A stretch of 64,000 bases of DNA from an uncultured Nitrososphaerota archaeon (lineage in GTDB: Archaea; Thermoproteota; Nitrososphaeria; Nitrososphaerales; Nitrosopumilaceae), in the NCBI GenBank assembly GCA_963824385.1, contig CAWGPD010000001.1:128001-192000 (forward strand), written 5' to 3'. The notes beneath the pieces were generated by a model. The model made no database searches. It saw nothing but the letters and a program-made list of their open reading frames with translations, and was not told where the DNA came from. Shown here one piece after another: positions 40,152 through 51,224 of this stretch; the stretch's first letter is position 1, and each line of letters begins with the position of its first letter. A program made the translations under genes and the position numbers.

Positions 40152-40340
40152 ATGGTTAGAGAGTTGGCATGTCGCAAGTGTAAATTTGTTACAGTGGGTA
40201 AAGTTTGTCCCATATGCAAATCATCTGATCTGAGTCCTGATTGGAGTAGTTCAGTCCTTGTTGTAGACCCAACAAATTCTCTTGTTGCCAAATCTTTAGG
40301 AATTAAAGAAAAAGGCAAGTATGCACTCAAGGTAACCTAG
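40152..40340 (+). CDS. spt4: transcription elongation factor Spt4 (RpoE2)
   Basis: ACRKC...CPIC..LS.DW, GKYALKV. Confidence 0.95.
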   Translation: MVRELACRKCKFVTVGKVCPICKSSDLSPDWSSSVLVVDPTNSLVAKSLGIKEKGKYALKVT

Positions 40341-40341
40341 G

Positions 40342-41169
40342 TTGCAACAAAGCGCAAAAAAATATCTAGAAAGTTTTCTTGCCGAAGATATTGGAAGTGG
40401 GGATATTACTAGTAGATTACTTTCAAGAAAAAAAATTGTTGCAAACATAATATCTCGTGAGAACGGCATTGTGGCAGGAGTACAATATGCAAAAGAGATT
40501 TTCCAATCAAGAAATTGTAAAGTTACAATACATAGAAAAGATGGACAAACAGTTTCCCCAAATCAAAAGATAGTCACAATATCTGGTGATGCATATCAAG
40601 TACTCTCATGTGAGAGAACTGCACTTAATCTAATGTCAAGGATGAGTGGAATTGCTACCCAGGTAAACACATATGCAAAAAAGATTCGTGCTGCAAACCC
40701 CAAAGTTGGACTCTACTCAACAAGAAAGACTGCACCTGGTCTTAGAATATTTGACAAAGACGCAGTAGAAATTGGAGGAGGTCACAGACACAGAATGGCC
40801 CTTGATCAAATGGTCATGATAAAGGATAATCACATTGCAGCGACAGATTCGCTTTTAGATTTGATAAGACATGCAAAACAAAAACACAAGAAGATCGAAG
40901 TGGAGGTGGAAAGTTTGCATCATGCAATAATGGTAGCAAGGGAGGGCGTGGATATAATCATGCTTGACAACATGTCTCCATTACAGATTAAAAAGATAAT
41001 AAAAAAATTAAAGCAACTAAACTTGCGAAATAAAGTAAAGATTGAAGCATCCGGTGGAATAAATCATTCAAACGTCACACAATATGCAAGATCAGGAGTC
41101 GATATGATATCTATTGGAAAACTAACAAGTTCAGTCTTAGGCCTTGATCTAAGTCTTGAAGTTAATTGA
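40342..41169 (+). CDS. nadC: quinolinate phosphoribosyltransferase
   Basis: EDIG.GDITS, ERTALN, TRKTAPG, MIKDNH, MLDN, EASGG. Confidence 0.96.
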   Translation: MQQSAKKYLESFLAEDIGSGDITSRLLSRKKIVANIISRENGIVAGVQYAKEIFQSRNCKVTIHRKDGQTVSPNQKIVTISGDAYQVLSCERTALNLMSRMSGIATQVNTYAKKIRAANPKVGLYSTRKTAPGLRIFDKDAVEIGGGHRHRMALDQMVMIKDNHIAATDSLLDLIRHAKQKHKKIEVEVESLHHAIMVAREGVDIIMLDNMSPLQIKKIIKKLKQLNLRNKVKIEASGGINHSNVTQYARSGVDMISIGKLTSSVLGLDLSLEVN

Positions 41170-42100
41170 TTGCAAGCATGCGCTCTATTGCAACCTGGGC
41201 CTTGGTTGCAATATTCTTTGGAACCTTTACCTGATACTTTTCTTCTTTTAACGAGGCATGCACCTTATCCAGAGTTATCATCTTCATGTATTTGCATACG
41301 GCAGTTTCAGACATTGCGATGAATTGTTTATCAGGATTGAGTTTTTTCATTCGGTATAATATGCCAGTCTCGGTTGCAACAACAAATTGTTTTGATGTAG
41401 AGTTTTTAGCATGATTCATCATTCCTTCAGTAGATAAAACTTGGACCTGTCTTGAACCATAATCCCCTGATGCAATATCATACATCACCGAAGATGTGCA
41501 ACTACATTCTGGATGAACTAAAAACTCTGCATTTGCATACTCGGTGAGTTTTTGTTGAACGTCTTGTGATCTTATTCCAGCATGAACGTGACATTCTCCT
41601 GCCCAGATGAACATGTTATGACGGTTTGTCATCTTTGCAACATAAGAGCCCAAGAACATATCTGGCAAGAACAAGATTTCCTTGTCTTCAGGAATTGATT
41701 TTACAACATTTACAGCATTAGATGAAGTGCAACAGTAATCAAGTTCGGCCTTTACTTCTGCAGATGTATTTACATAACCTACTGCAATTGCTCCAGGATG
41801 CTCTGACTTCCATTTTCTCAACTCGTCTGCATTTATTGTCTCAGCCAGAGAACATCCCGCTCCAAGGTCTGGAATCAAGACCTTTTTGTTAGGACATGTT
41901 ATTGCCGCAGTCTCTGCCATAAAATGAACTCCACAAAATAGAATTGTCTTGTAGTCAGTGTTTGCAGCTTGTCTTGAGAGACCTAGTGAGTCACCCACGT
42001 AATCTGCTATATCCTGAACTTCAGGTAGTTGATAATTATGAGCAAGAATGAGAACGTCCTTTTCTTTTTTCATTCGCAGTATCTCAGATGTGATATCCAT
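41162..42100 (-). CDS. nadA: quinolinate synthase
   Basis: LAHNYQ, GDSLGLS, CGVHFMAE, GCSLA, CTSSNA, HPEC, CKYMK. Confidence 0.96.
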   Translation of the reverse strand: MDITSEILRMKKEKDVLILAHNYQLPEVQDIADYVGDSLGLSRQAANTDYKTILFCGVHFMAETAAITCPNKKVLIPDLGAGCSLAETINADELRKWKSEHPGAIAVGYVNTSAEVKAELDYCCTSSNAVNVVKSIPEDKEILFLPDMFLGSYVAKMTNRHNMFIWAGECHVHAGIRSQDVQQKLTEYANAEFLVHPECSCTSSVMYDIASGDYGSRQVQVLSTEGMMNHAKNSTSKQFVVATETGILYRMKKLNPDKQFIAMSETAVCKYMKMITLDKVHASLKEEKYQVKVPKNIATKAQVAIERMLAIN

Positions 42101-42191
42101 CGCAGAATAGTGTAGTAATGATTCGTCTTTAAAGGGTCATGATATTGACAAATTTATTGCAACATGGAATAATTGTGGCAAAATTTACCAT

Positions 42192-43010
42192 TTATGCCCC
42201 TACATTTAGAGTAGTGCCACAAATCTTTCTGAGGCACTCTATTGCAGACAAAGTAGCAAGTCTACTTGTCTTTGGATTACTAGGACTAGGTACATTTTCC
42301 ACCTTTACTGAAAATTTACCAAACTTTCCTTGGGCTTGTATCTCATGAGTATTCTTGTCAGTAGTAGGATCTGCAACTATTCTTACTAGAGTCTTTTCAC
42401 TACCAACTCCTGCAAGGCTTAGAAGTGCGGCCACATTGATGTTTGCAGGAAATAGTCTTACTGCCTCTTGAGCATTTCCTTCGTATATTGTAGTGATTGT
42501 CTTTATTGTATCAAGATCAATTTTTGAGGTTTCAAAGAATTTTGCACCCTTCAATGCTTTCGGATTTTTTGTCGTTACAAGAACTACAGAATCTAATTCG
42601 TCTTGTACTGCTCTAATACCATCAAGTCCAATTATTGCACCAGATGGAAGATAGACTCGTTTGTTGAAATCCTTGCAGCCATCCATTACAATGTCAAATA
42701 TAGTTTCATCCAAAAGAGCACCTGCACTCATTATCATGATATCTTTTCTATTTTGAAGTATACTTAGCACATTATCGCGTACTGCATCTTGTGATGCCGC
42801 TTCAATTATCAGATCAACTGGAGAAGCTGCAAGTAATCCAACATTTTCTGTTATAACAGGCTTGTTTTCCAATTTGTCAACTAGTTTCTGTGAATGTTCT
42901 TTTGAGAAATCATAGACATGAGTAAGTTTTGCAGAGATTTTTCCAGAGTCTATTGCAAGTGCAATCTCTGATCCAATTGCGCCGCATCCAAGTAGTCCTA
43001 TTCTTTTCAA
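42192..43010 (-). CDS. nadX: L-aspartate dehydrogenase
   Basis: GCGAIG, EAASQ, PSGAI.GLD, FPANINVAA, NPKTS; clustered with nadA and nadC. Confidence 0.94.
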   Translation of the reverse strand: MKRIGLLGCGAIGSEIALAIDSGKISAKLTHVYDFSKEHSQKLVDKLENKPVITENVGLLAASPVDLIIEAASQDAVRDNVLSILQNRKDIMIMSAGALLDETIFDIVMDGCKDFNKRVYLPSGAIIGLDGIRAVQDELDSVVLVTTKNPKALKGAKFFETSKIDLDTIKTITTIYEGNAQEAVRLFPANINVAALLSLAGVGSEKTLVRIVADPTTDKNTHEIQAQGKFGKFSVKVENVPSPSNPKTSRLATLSAIECLRKICGTTLNVGA

Positions 43011-43115
43011 TACAAATTTCTCAAGTACTTGTCCTTGTTAAATCTGTTATTAGACAAATTATTGTGTTTAACAGAATATTGAATTATCTTAATGTGCATA
43101 TAGCATCAGAGCAAT

Positions 43116-43991
43116 TTGGAAAAACAAGAATCTACACTAATTGAAAAAGTCCTATTCAAGATAGCAAAACAGTGGATTGCGGGTGATACCATGGAAGACG
43201 CCCTCAAGTCTGCACGTCTGGCAAATAGCAATGGAATGGGTGCAATTTTAAACAAATTAGGCGAGCATATGACATCAAAGGCTCAAGTATGTCAAACGGT
43301 TTCAGATTATCTCATACTTGTCTCAAACTTGCGCAGATCAAAGATTTCGGGAGGACTATCAATAAAACCAACCCAGGTAGGCCTATCCATTAATACAAAA
43401 GAGTGTCTTGAGAACCTTGATAAAATTATAGAAAAAGCATTGCAATCCCAGTCTTTTGTCTGGATAGACATGGAATCCTCAGATCATACTGACGCCACTT
43501 TCAAAATATACCTGAATCTATTTGAAAAATATGAGAGATTAGGAGTTGTCATTCAATCAAACCTCAAACGTACTCAAGATGACCTGAAAATGCTTTTAGA
43601 AAAAGGTGCCAAGATTCGCCTTGTAAAAGGTGCATATCATGAAACCCCAAAGAATGCATACAGAATAAGACATGAAGTTGATGAAAATTACAAGAAATTG
43701 ATGCGAACTTTATTTGAACAAGGAAATGAATTTGCAATAGCAACACATGACTCCAAGTTAATTGATCTTGCCATAGATTTGTCAAAAAAATATGAAAGAA
43801 AGTTTGAGTTTCAGATGCTGAAAGGAATACGAGATGAGATAAAACCTATTTTGGTAAAAAGTGGATTTTTGGTGTCAGAGTATATTCCATATGGTACCAA
43901 CTGGTTACCTTATTCCATTAGAAGACTACGAGAAAGAAAGAGAAACATATTGTTGCTTGGAAGTTCGTTTATTCACTCACATCGAGTCTGA
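43116..43991 (+). CDS. proline dehydrogenase (monofunctional)
   Basis: SIKPTQ.GL, IDME, RLVKGAY, ATHD, YIPYG..W..Y..RRL.ER. Confidence 0.94.
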   Translation: MEKQESTLIEKVLFKIAKQWIAGDTMEDALKSARLANSNGMGAILNKLGEHMTSKAQVCQTVSDYLILVSNLRRSKISGGLSIKPTQVGLSINTKECLENLDKIIEKALQSQSFVWIDMESSDHTDATFKIYLNLFEKYERLGVVIQSNLKRTQDDLKMLLEKGAKIRLVKGAYHETPKNAYRIRHEVDENYKKLMRTLFEQGNEFAIATHDSKLIDLAIDLSKKYERKFEFQMLKGIRDEIKPILVKSGFLVSEYIPYGTNWLPYSIRRLRERKRNILLLGSSFIHSHRV

Positions 43992-45562
43992 GTCTGTTCT
44001 CGTAGAAATTGTAAGAGATAGTATGCACCTCCTGCTCCTTTCCCAGAGATCCCAGATTCTTTCCATCCAACAAATGGCTGTGCCCCAACCATAGCACCAG
44101 TGGTTGCACTAGCTGCCCTATTTGCATATGTAACTCCTGCCTCAATTTGTTCAAAGAACTTTTCAATCTCATTTTTATCTTGGCTAAAAACTCCAGCAGT
44201 TAATCCATAGTTACTTTTGTTTGCAAGTACAAGTGCTTCATCAAATGTATCAAATTCTTCAACACAGAGAAACGGTAAGAATAATTCTTCACGTACAAGT
44301 TCGTGATCTTTTGGAAGATTTGTAACAATTGTAGGTGCTACAAAATTACCATCCTGGTGTAATGTATCAGCGAGTATAGAACCTCCTGAAAGTATCTTAC
44401 CATCTTTTTTTGCAAGTTCAGATGATTTCTGATATTTTTTTACCGCTTCGTCGTTTATGACGGGTCCCATATAGACATCTTTTTCCCATGGTTTTCCAAT
44501 TTTTAGTGCACTAGTCTTTGCAACCAGTCTTTCCAGAAACTTGTTTGCAATTGATTTCTGCACATACACTCTGGAGCACGCACTGCATTTTTGTCCACCA
44601 TATCCAAACGCGGCTCTTAGAACACCATCTGATGCTTTTTCAATGTCTGCAGTGGAAGATACGATTGCGGGGTTTTTCCCTCCCATCTCGGAGATAAATG
44701 GGCGAGGCTCAGTCATGGCAAATGCAGAGTAGCCGCTCATGCCTACATCCTTTGAACCAGTAAATGCAATACCATCAACCAGAGGACTCTCAAGCATTGT
44801 TTTCCCAACTGTTCCTCCAGAACCTGTTACAAAGTTAATGGCAGATGGTGGAAGCTTGTGGTATATCGATTCAACAAACTTGAATGCAGATATCGGCGCA
44901 TCACTTGACGGTTTTAGAACAGCTGTATTTCCTGTAATTAGAGCCCCCGATGTCATTCCAATTGCAATTGCAGACGGAAAATTAAATGGTGATATGATTC
45001 CCCAAACCCCATATGGCTTGAGAACGCTGCTTGTCTTCTCGCCTGCTGTTACATTTTTTGTCTCCTTTGAGAATCCAGTATTAATTTCAAGTTGTTCTGC
45101 ATAAAATCTCATAAAGTCAATTGACTCATCCAAGTCACCCATTGATTCTAGTCTGTTCTTTCCGTTCTCAAAGCAAAGAATTGCGGCAAGACTGAATTTA
45201 TTTGCAGAAAATATATCAGCAACATCTCGGAATATCTGGACTCTTTTTTGATATGGTGTAAGCGACCATTTATGAAATGATTCCTTGGCAGATTCAATTG
45301 CATGAAGCGTATCTTCTTTTGTTCCCAAGGGAAAGTGTCCCAAGATTAAATTCTTGTCAGCAGGTGATCTCACTTGAAATTTATTATCAGAAAAGATCTC
45401 TTTGCCTCCTATAATCATAGGGTAACTTTTTCCAAAGTCTTTTCGTACTTCTTCTATAGCATTATCAAACTTTTTATGAAATTCGTCAGTTGAATTATTA
45501 TCTATGAATCGACCCCAAGTCCTTTCGTTTTCAAACATGATATCATTACCAGATACTGCCAT
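43973..45562 (-). CDS. delta-1-pyrroline-5-carboxylate dehydrogenase (aldehyde dehydrogenase family)
   Basis: SPFNFP, FTGS, EMGGKN, GQKCSACSR, TGAMVG.QPF.GWK.SG; converges on proline dehydrogenase. Confidence 0.92.
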   Translation of the reverse strand: MAVSGNDIMFENERTWGRFIDNNSTDEFHKKFDNAIEEVRKDFGKSYPMIIGGKEIFSDNKFQVRSPADKNLILGHFPLGTKEDTLHAIESAKESFHKWSLTPYQKRVQIFRDVADIFSANKFSLAAILCFENGKNRLESMGDLDESIDFMRFYAEQLEINTGFSKETKNVTAGEKTSSVLKPYGVWGIISPFNFPSAIAIGMTSGALITGNTAVLKPSSDAPISAFKFVESIYHKLPPSAINFVTGSGGTVGKTMLESPLVDGIAFTGSKDVGMSGYSAFAMTEPRPFISEMGGKNPAIVSSTADIEKASDGVLRAAFGYGGQKCSACSRVYVQKSIANKFLERLVAKTSALKIGKPWEKDVYMGPVINDEAVKKYQKSSELAKKDGKILSGGSILADTLHQDGNFVAPTIVTNLPKDHELVREELFLPFLCVEEFDTFDEALVLANKSNYGLTAGVFSQDKNEIEKFFEQIEAGVTYANRAASATTGAMVGAQPFVGWKESGISGKGAGGAYYLLQFLREQTQTRCE

Positions 45563-45654
45563 TAATTAGTTCGCTAAAAGTTGATTTTGTATTAACTGTA
45601 GGACAAACATACTTCAAACGAGAAACATTTTATCCGCGTAGGCAAAGGTGTCTT

Positions 45655-46494
45655 ATGCTCAATACAGTATATCGTGATGCAATTAAGAAGCGAGAAGAGG
45701 CACGATCTATATTCAAAGGTGAGAAATTTGATCAAATTATTAAAACAGCCAAGGAAAACTGGCTAGAATATACCCCTCAGAAAAAGGACTCGGACATAGC
45801 AGGAATAGATAGTAGTTATAACAGTACAAAATTTCAAGGGCTGGAATTGTGGGTAGTAACGGGAGTATCTATAAAATCAGATGGCCAGATAATTACTGAG
45901 ACTCATAATCAGGGACTAGGGCAGCCAACGCCTGAGCTTGAGACGCAGGCAAGCAGGATGGAGGTAGAAGCTTGCGTCAATTCTGTTGACAAGGCAGAAC
46001 TTGTAATACTAGATGGTTCACTATATTCACAGTTTCTTACAAGACAGGCCTCACTTGGAAGCTCAATCACCACAGCAATAAAAAAGAGAAATAATGTAAT
46101 TTTCATATCAAAGACATCATCTGCTAGAAAACAATTTGAAAAATTTGGCTCAGTTGCAGGAGATATTTTTTATTACAACCATGCAGTCAAGACACCTGGT
46201 TTTAGCAGAATATTTGTTGATAACAGTTTGGGACCGGGTAAAGTTGTGTCATATGTTTATGCAAGACTAAGAGATTCTACTCCTTTAATCAAGATTGAAC
46301 TTTTAGGTTCTGGCCATAATGAAAATGAAATAAAATTATTACTTGACATGATAACAAAAAATAGTGTAGGCGGGTATCCATATTCATTAAAGCTTGCACA
46401 TGAGAATTGTAAGATAACCAATTCAGATCTGGCAAGACTTGTTAGTCTATATGGACTTGGAAACGAAGTAGGTTCAAGAGAGGTATTGAATTGA
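45655..46494 (+). CDS. nurA: NurA nuclease
   Basis: GIDSS, LDGSL, ISKTS, GYPYSL.LAH; first gene of the DSB repair operon. Confidence 0.93.
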   Translation: MLNTVYRDAIKKREEARSIFKGEKFDQIIKTAKENWLEYTPQKKDSDIAGIDSSYNSTKFQGLELWVVTGVSIKSDGQIITETHNQGLGQPTPELETQASRMEVEACVNSVDKAELVILDGSLYSQFLTRQASLGSSITTAIKKRNNVIFISKTSSARKQFEKFGSVAGDIFYYNHAVKTPGFSRIFVDNSLGPGKVVSYVYARLRDSTPLIKIELLGSGHNENEIKLLLDMITKNSVGGYPYSLKLAHENCKITNSDLARLVSLYGLGNEVGSREVLN

Positions 46495-48011
46495 CAATAG
46501 GTGTAGTAATTGGAGAATCAAGACCAACTGATGTTACTGCACAGTCATCAAAGCCACTTTCAGTTGGAGAATATGTAATAATTGATTCACAGGACGGCAA
46601 GATTTTAGGTCTTGTTGAAAAATCAATGATATCAAGTGAGGCATTAACCGATGTACGAAATTTTGACGAAGCTGTAGAAAGCAAGGAAGTTGCAGATATT
46701 AATTCAAGAGATAAAAATTACAAGGTAAAAATTGGCATACTTGGGTTTTTAGATAAATTACAAAAGGGACAGATGATTTTACCTGCAGTCCCCCCACTCC
46801 CTGGAACTTCGATTATCGAGGCAACTCAGAAGGATTTAGGCACAATATTTGGCCCTACAACAAGTGAATGGATTAGAATTGGTTCTCTTTTAAGAAATTC
46901 AACAATCGAGGCCAAGATCAATATCAACAAAATTGTATCAAGGCATTTCACTATACTTGCAATGACAGGCATGGGAAAGAGTAATCTTGTTTCCTTAATT
47001 GCAAGACACATCGGGTCATTAAACGGCACTCTGATTATTTTTGACTATCACAATGACTATGAAAGTCTTGATGTCTCCAAGATAAATTACATGATGGCGA
47101 AGATAAATCCCAGATTATTGCCTGCAGACAAGCTGGCTGAAGTAATAGAACTTAGAGAAAATGCAGACAAGCAACAAAGAGTATTGCGTGAATCACTTAC
47201 AGAATCAGTAAAACAGTCAAAAGATTTCTGGCAATCATTAGAAGACAGCGTATCATCTTATGGAAGAACAACAAAAGGTTACGCAGATAGTGCAAGTAGA
47301 GTATTAGATAAAATAGATGATGCAAAACATAGGTTCTCAGATATTCTTGATCCAGACTGTGGAGATCCAGTAGACTTGATCAAGGAAGGCAGAGTAAATG
47401 TTTTGAACATATCAGAGCTTAGCGAACGACAGGCAAATGCAGGACTATCGTATTATTTACAAGAATTATTACAACAAAGAAAAGATGCAGTATGGGAAAG
47501 AAAAGGCAAATCATCACATAAAAGAATCAACAAGTTTCTTGCTCCAATATTTGTAATAATAGAGGAAGCTCATGTCTTCATTCCAAAGGGTGAACATACT
47601 GATACAAAGTATTGGGCATCAAAAGTAGCAAGAGAGGGTCGTAAATTTGGAATTGGTCTTGGGGTTGTTTCTCAAAGACCAAGAAATATCGATCCCAATG
47701 TACTAAGTCAGATGGGGTCCCTTGCAATAATGAAGATAGTCCAAGACGATGATCAACAGCAGATTGCATCTGCAGCAGAATCACTAAGCAAGGACCTACT
47801 CTCACAGCTCTCATCGTTAAACATTGGAGATGCCGTTCTGATTGGCCAATGGGTAAATCTGCCTTCAATAGTACACGTAGACGAGGTAAAGAGTAAGAAA
47901 TCAGGCTCAGATTTGGATGCAGTATCAGAATGGAGTCAGACAGACAAGTTCAAAGAGATTGCAAAGGAATCAACAAAATCAATGGTTCAAAAAGATTTGC
48001 TGTTAGATTGA
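46491..48011 (+). CDS. herA: HerA helicase/ATPase
   Basis: HAS barrel, RHFTILAMTGMGKS, IEEAH, REGRKFG, SQRP. Confidence 0.95.
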   Translation: MTIGVVIGESRPTDVTAQSSKPLSVGEYVIIDSQDGKILGLVEKSMISSEALTDVRNFDEAVESKEVADINSRDKNYKVKIGILGFLDKLQKGQMILPAVPPLPGTSIIEATQKDLGTIFGPTTSEWIRIGSLLRNSTIEAKININKIVSRHFTILAMTGMGKSNLVSLIARHIGSLNGTLIIFDYHNDYESLDVSKINYMMAKINPRLLPADKLAEVIELRENADKQQRVLRESLTESVKQSKDFWQSLEDSVSSYGRTTKGYADSASRVLDKIDDAKHRFSDILDPDCGDPVDLIKEGRVNVLNISELSERQANAGLSYYLQELLQQRKDAVWERKGKSSHKRINKFLAPIFVIIEEAHVFIPKGEHTDTKYWASKVAREGRKFGIGLGVVSQRPRNIDPNVLSQMGSLAIMKIVQDDDQQQIASAAESLSKDLLSQLSSLNIGDAVLIGQWVNLPSIVHVDEVKSKKSGSDLDAVSEWSQTDKFKEIAKESTKSMVQKDLLLD

Positions 48012-48012
48012 G

Positions 48013-49165
48013 ATGATCTTTTCACATATTTCTGACACACATTTGGGTTTTGTTCAGTACCACTCTGAAGAGCGTGAAAATGACATATACTTGGCATTCA
48101 ATGAGGCAATTGACACATCAATAAAAGACCATGTTGATTTTGTCATACTGGCAGGAGACATATTTCACGTTCCAAACCCAAGTGGAAAGGCAATTGTTGT
48201 TTTGGCAAATGCATTAAAGCGTTTGAGACAAAATAATATTGATTCTTTTTTTATCCTAGGAGATCATGACATCAGTAGAATTAGATCAACCCCTGTTCCT
48301 TTTGTATACCACAATTTGGATTTTTCAAAATATATCGGAAATGGAAAATCAATAATTTACAAAAACGTATTCATTGCAGGGTTTGACAAACGCAGAAAGA
48401 CAGAGATTGAAACATTTGAAGAAGATTTTGCAAGAGTTGATGCAGAAGCCAAAAAACATCAGGGACATAAGATATTGGTCTTGCACCAAGGAATTGCAGA
48501 GATAAACAAGTTTGCAGTCTGAGTTAAACTCTACAGATCTTCCAAAGAATTTCACATATTATGCAATGGGTCATCTTCATGATCAAGATCTGAAACGATT
48601 CTCACATTTAGGAGGTCCATTAGCTTATCCAGGGTCAATCGAGATTACATCAAGTGAGGGAATAAAGGAAACACAAAAAGGATTTTATCAAGTAGACATT
48701 TCAAAATCAGAAGCCATACCATCATGGATAAAACTTGACATCAGACCGCAGATGTCTGTAAAAACTTCAATGAAGGACATCTCAAACGATGTAAACATAC
48801 TTGCTGAAAAAATCAAATCATATGCAAGAAAACCAATTATAGAATTAAAGATCACAGGTGAGATAGACCCCGGACTGGTCCAATCTCAGCTCGCCAAGTT
48901 GACAGATCTTACACTTCGCTGCCTTTGGAAACATATCTCTTCTGAGCAGACAAATGGTTCTGTCTTTATGGACAAACCACTAAAAATAGAGGAAGAGATG
49001 CGTCGGATTGCAAAAGAGATTCTAGGTTCTGAAGAGATGGCAAATTTTGCAATAGACGAACTCTTACCGTTACTATCAAGAGATAATATTGACCAAGCTA
49101 GTCAGGCAGTCAACGAAAATTTTGAACGATTCAAGAGGAGGGTAAAAAATGCTACAGTCAGTTGA
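48013..49165 (+). CDS. mre11: Mre11 nuclease; one extra base at ~48518
   Basis: SDTHLG, AGDIF, GDHD, LHQG, MGHLH, YPGS; AGTCT to AGCT restores KFAAELNSTDLP. Confidence 0.93.
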
Positions 49166-51224
49166 GCTAGTAAATTTCCTCTCTCATGCAAATACCAAAC
49201 TAACATTTGATAGAGGAGTCACAGTATTTGTAGGACCAAATGGGGCTGGCAAATCAAGCATCATAGATGCAATAACATTTGCATTATTTGGTGAGCACAT
49301 AAGAAAATCAGTAAAGGGACTTTTGCGAAGAGGAAGTAACCAATCATACGCCAAAGTAGAATTTTCCATAGGAAATAGGCAGTTTGAGGCTGTTCGCAAA
49401 ATAGACACCAAGGGAACAGTTGCCGCACAACTATATGAAAAAATAAACATGGAACTTGTTCCACTTGCTGCAGGAGAGAGAAAACAATTTGGTGAATCAA
49501 TGACAAAGACAATCGAGTCTTTAATTGGATTAGACTTTGAAAAACTAAAAGTTGCGTCCATTGTTCAACAAGGCGAACTGCAAACAATAATTGAGGCAGA
49601 TCCTAAAAAATTCAAGGAACTTGTCAATGCAATAATTGGCATCGACAAACTTGACATCGCTTATGAATTTATGAAAAAAACAATAGAGGAGTTTAGAGGA
49701 TCAATCAAATTGAAATTAAATTATGATGATACAAGTATAGATACTCTTCAGGCAAAGATTGAATCTCTATCAAAAGATATAACATCTCTTGAACCACAAA
49801 AGAAGAAATTAGAATCAGAAAAGATATCACAGGAGCAGGAATTTATCACATTACAACAAAAAATAGAATCAGAGGCCCCAAAGGAGACCAAGATTAAAGA
49901 TATTGAAAACAAAAAGGAAGATCTTCTCAAGTACCTAAGAAATTCCATCGTATCAATAAAACAAGAACTTGTAGAAAAGGAGAAAAAACTTGCTGATTGC
50001 TCAAGCAGCTTGTCAATTTTATCATTTAGGTCACAAGTAGAATCTGAGATAAATCATACCCAGTCAGAGATGGACAGGATTCGTATAGAATCAAAAGAAG
50101 CAGGAGAAAAAATAGCAATGATACGAGGTCAGCAAGATATTGTAAACAAGATACATCTTGTGGATGGCAAGTGTCCTGTTTGTGACTCTAAGGTGGACAA
50201 GCTTAATCCATTGTTTGAAGAAGAACATCTTAGAGCAGAACTTGATGCGCTAAAAAAGAAAACCGAATCACATTCAAAAGATGAGGTTACATTTCAAAGT
50301 AAAAAGAGAGAACTTGATTTGAAATTACAACAAATTGTAAAGGCAGAAGGTATCCTATCTTCAAACAGCATAAAAAACCAGGATGATTTAGCCATACTCA
50401 AAGAACAAGTGTCAAAACTACAGAGCAATATCAAGGACATTCCACTTGAAGTAAGTACTGGAAGTCTCATGCAATATGCAATTGATGACTATTCAATAGA
50501 CACAATCAAAGCCATAACAACTCTAGTCCAAGAGACGCAAGATTTTGATATAAATAATTTTAGAAATCTTAAATTAAAACTAGAACACCAGCGTAGAGCC
50601 CTTAGCGCATTAGACCAAGACATTGGCGCAGTTAATACAAAGATAACATTATACAAAGAAGAGTTACAGAAAATTTCTAAAATATTAATTGAGTTACAAG
50701 ATGTAAAGCATTATGTGTCAAGCCTTGATACAATTCGAAGTCAGATATACAACAGAGACGGTCCTGTTGCCACAAGTCTTCGCTCGTGGGCATTGAGTAT
50801 GATATCGCAAAAGGCATCAGAATATCTCTCAACATTTAATGTCAAGATTCAAAGAATTTCACTAGAAGACAAGGCAAGAGACATTGGAATTACTTGTCAT
50901 GCTGGAAATTCTGAATTGGATTTAGAATCATTAAGCGGAGGAGAAAAAGTAAGTGTTGCGCTAGCACTGCGTCTTGGGATGGCGCATTTAATGGGCTCGT
51001 CTAATCTAAATTTTATAATTCTTGACGAACCAACAACTCATTTGGATCAAGAGCGAAGAAAATCGCTTGTAAGTGTACTCTCACAGGCGTTTGAGTCAAA
51101 CATAGATGCAATCTCTCAGTTTATCATAATTACACATGATTCCGATATATTTGAAAACTCTAACATTGATGCAATTTATGATTTCAAATCAACGCCAGAA
51201 GGAACTCTGGTTACACCAATTTAG
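49149..51224 (+). CDS. rad50: Rad50 ATPase
   Basis: NFLSH, GPNGAGKSS, zinc hook CPVC, LSGGE, LDEPT, ITH. Confidence 0.95.
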   Translation: MLQSVELVNFLSHANTKLTFDRGVTVFVGPNGAGKSSIIDAITFALFGEHIRKSVKGLLRRGSNQSYAKVEFSIGNRQFEAVRKIDTKGTVAAQLYEKINMELVPLAAGERKQFGESMTKTIESLIGLDFEKLKVASIVQQGELQTIIEADPKKFKELVNAIIGIDKLDIAYEFMKKTIEEFRGSIKLKLNYDDTSIDTLQAKIESLSKDITSLEPQKKKLESEKISQEQEFITLQQKIESEAPKETKIKDIENKKEDLLKYLRNSIVSIKQELVEKEKKLADCSSSLSILSFRSQVESEINHTQSEMDRIRIESKEAGEKIAMIRGQQDIVNKIHLVDGKCPVCDSKVDKLNPLFEEEHLRAELDALKKKTESHSKDEVTFQSKKRELDLKLQQIVKAEGILSSNSIKNQDDLAILKEQVSKLQSNIKDIPLEVSTGSLMQYAIDDYSIDTIKAITTLVQETQDFDINNFRNLKLKLEHQRRALSALDQDIGAVNTKITLYKEELQKISKILIELQDVKHYVSSLDTIRSQIYNRDGPVATSLRSWALSMISQKASEYLSTFNVKIQRISLEDKARDIGITCHAGNSELDLESLSGGEKVSVALALRLGMAHLMGSSNLNFIILDEPTTHLDQERRKSLVSVLSQAFESNIDAISQFIIITHDSDIFENSNIDAIYDFKSTPEGTLVTPI

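Noticed and set aside
45655..51224. HerA/NurA as an anti-phage defence system
   Set aside because: This is the canonical archaeal nurA-herA-mre11-rad50 double-strand-break repair operon.
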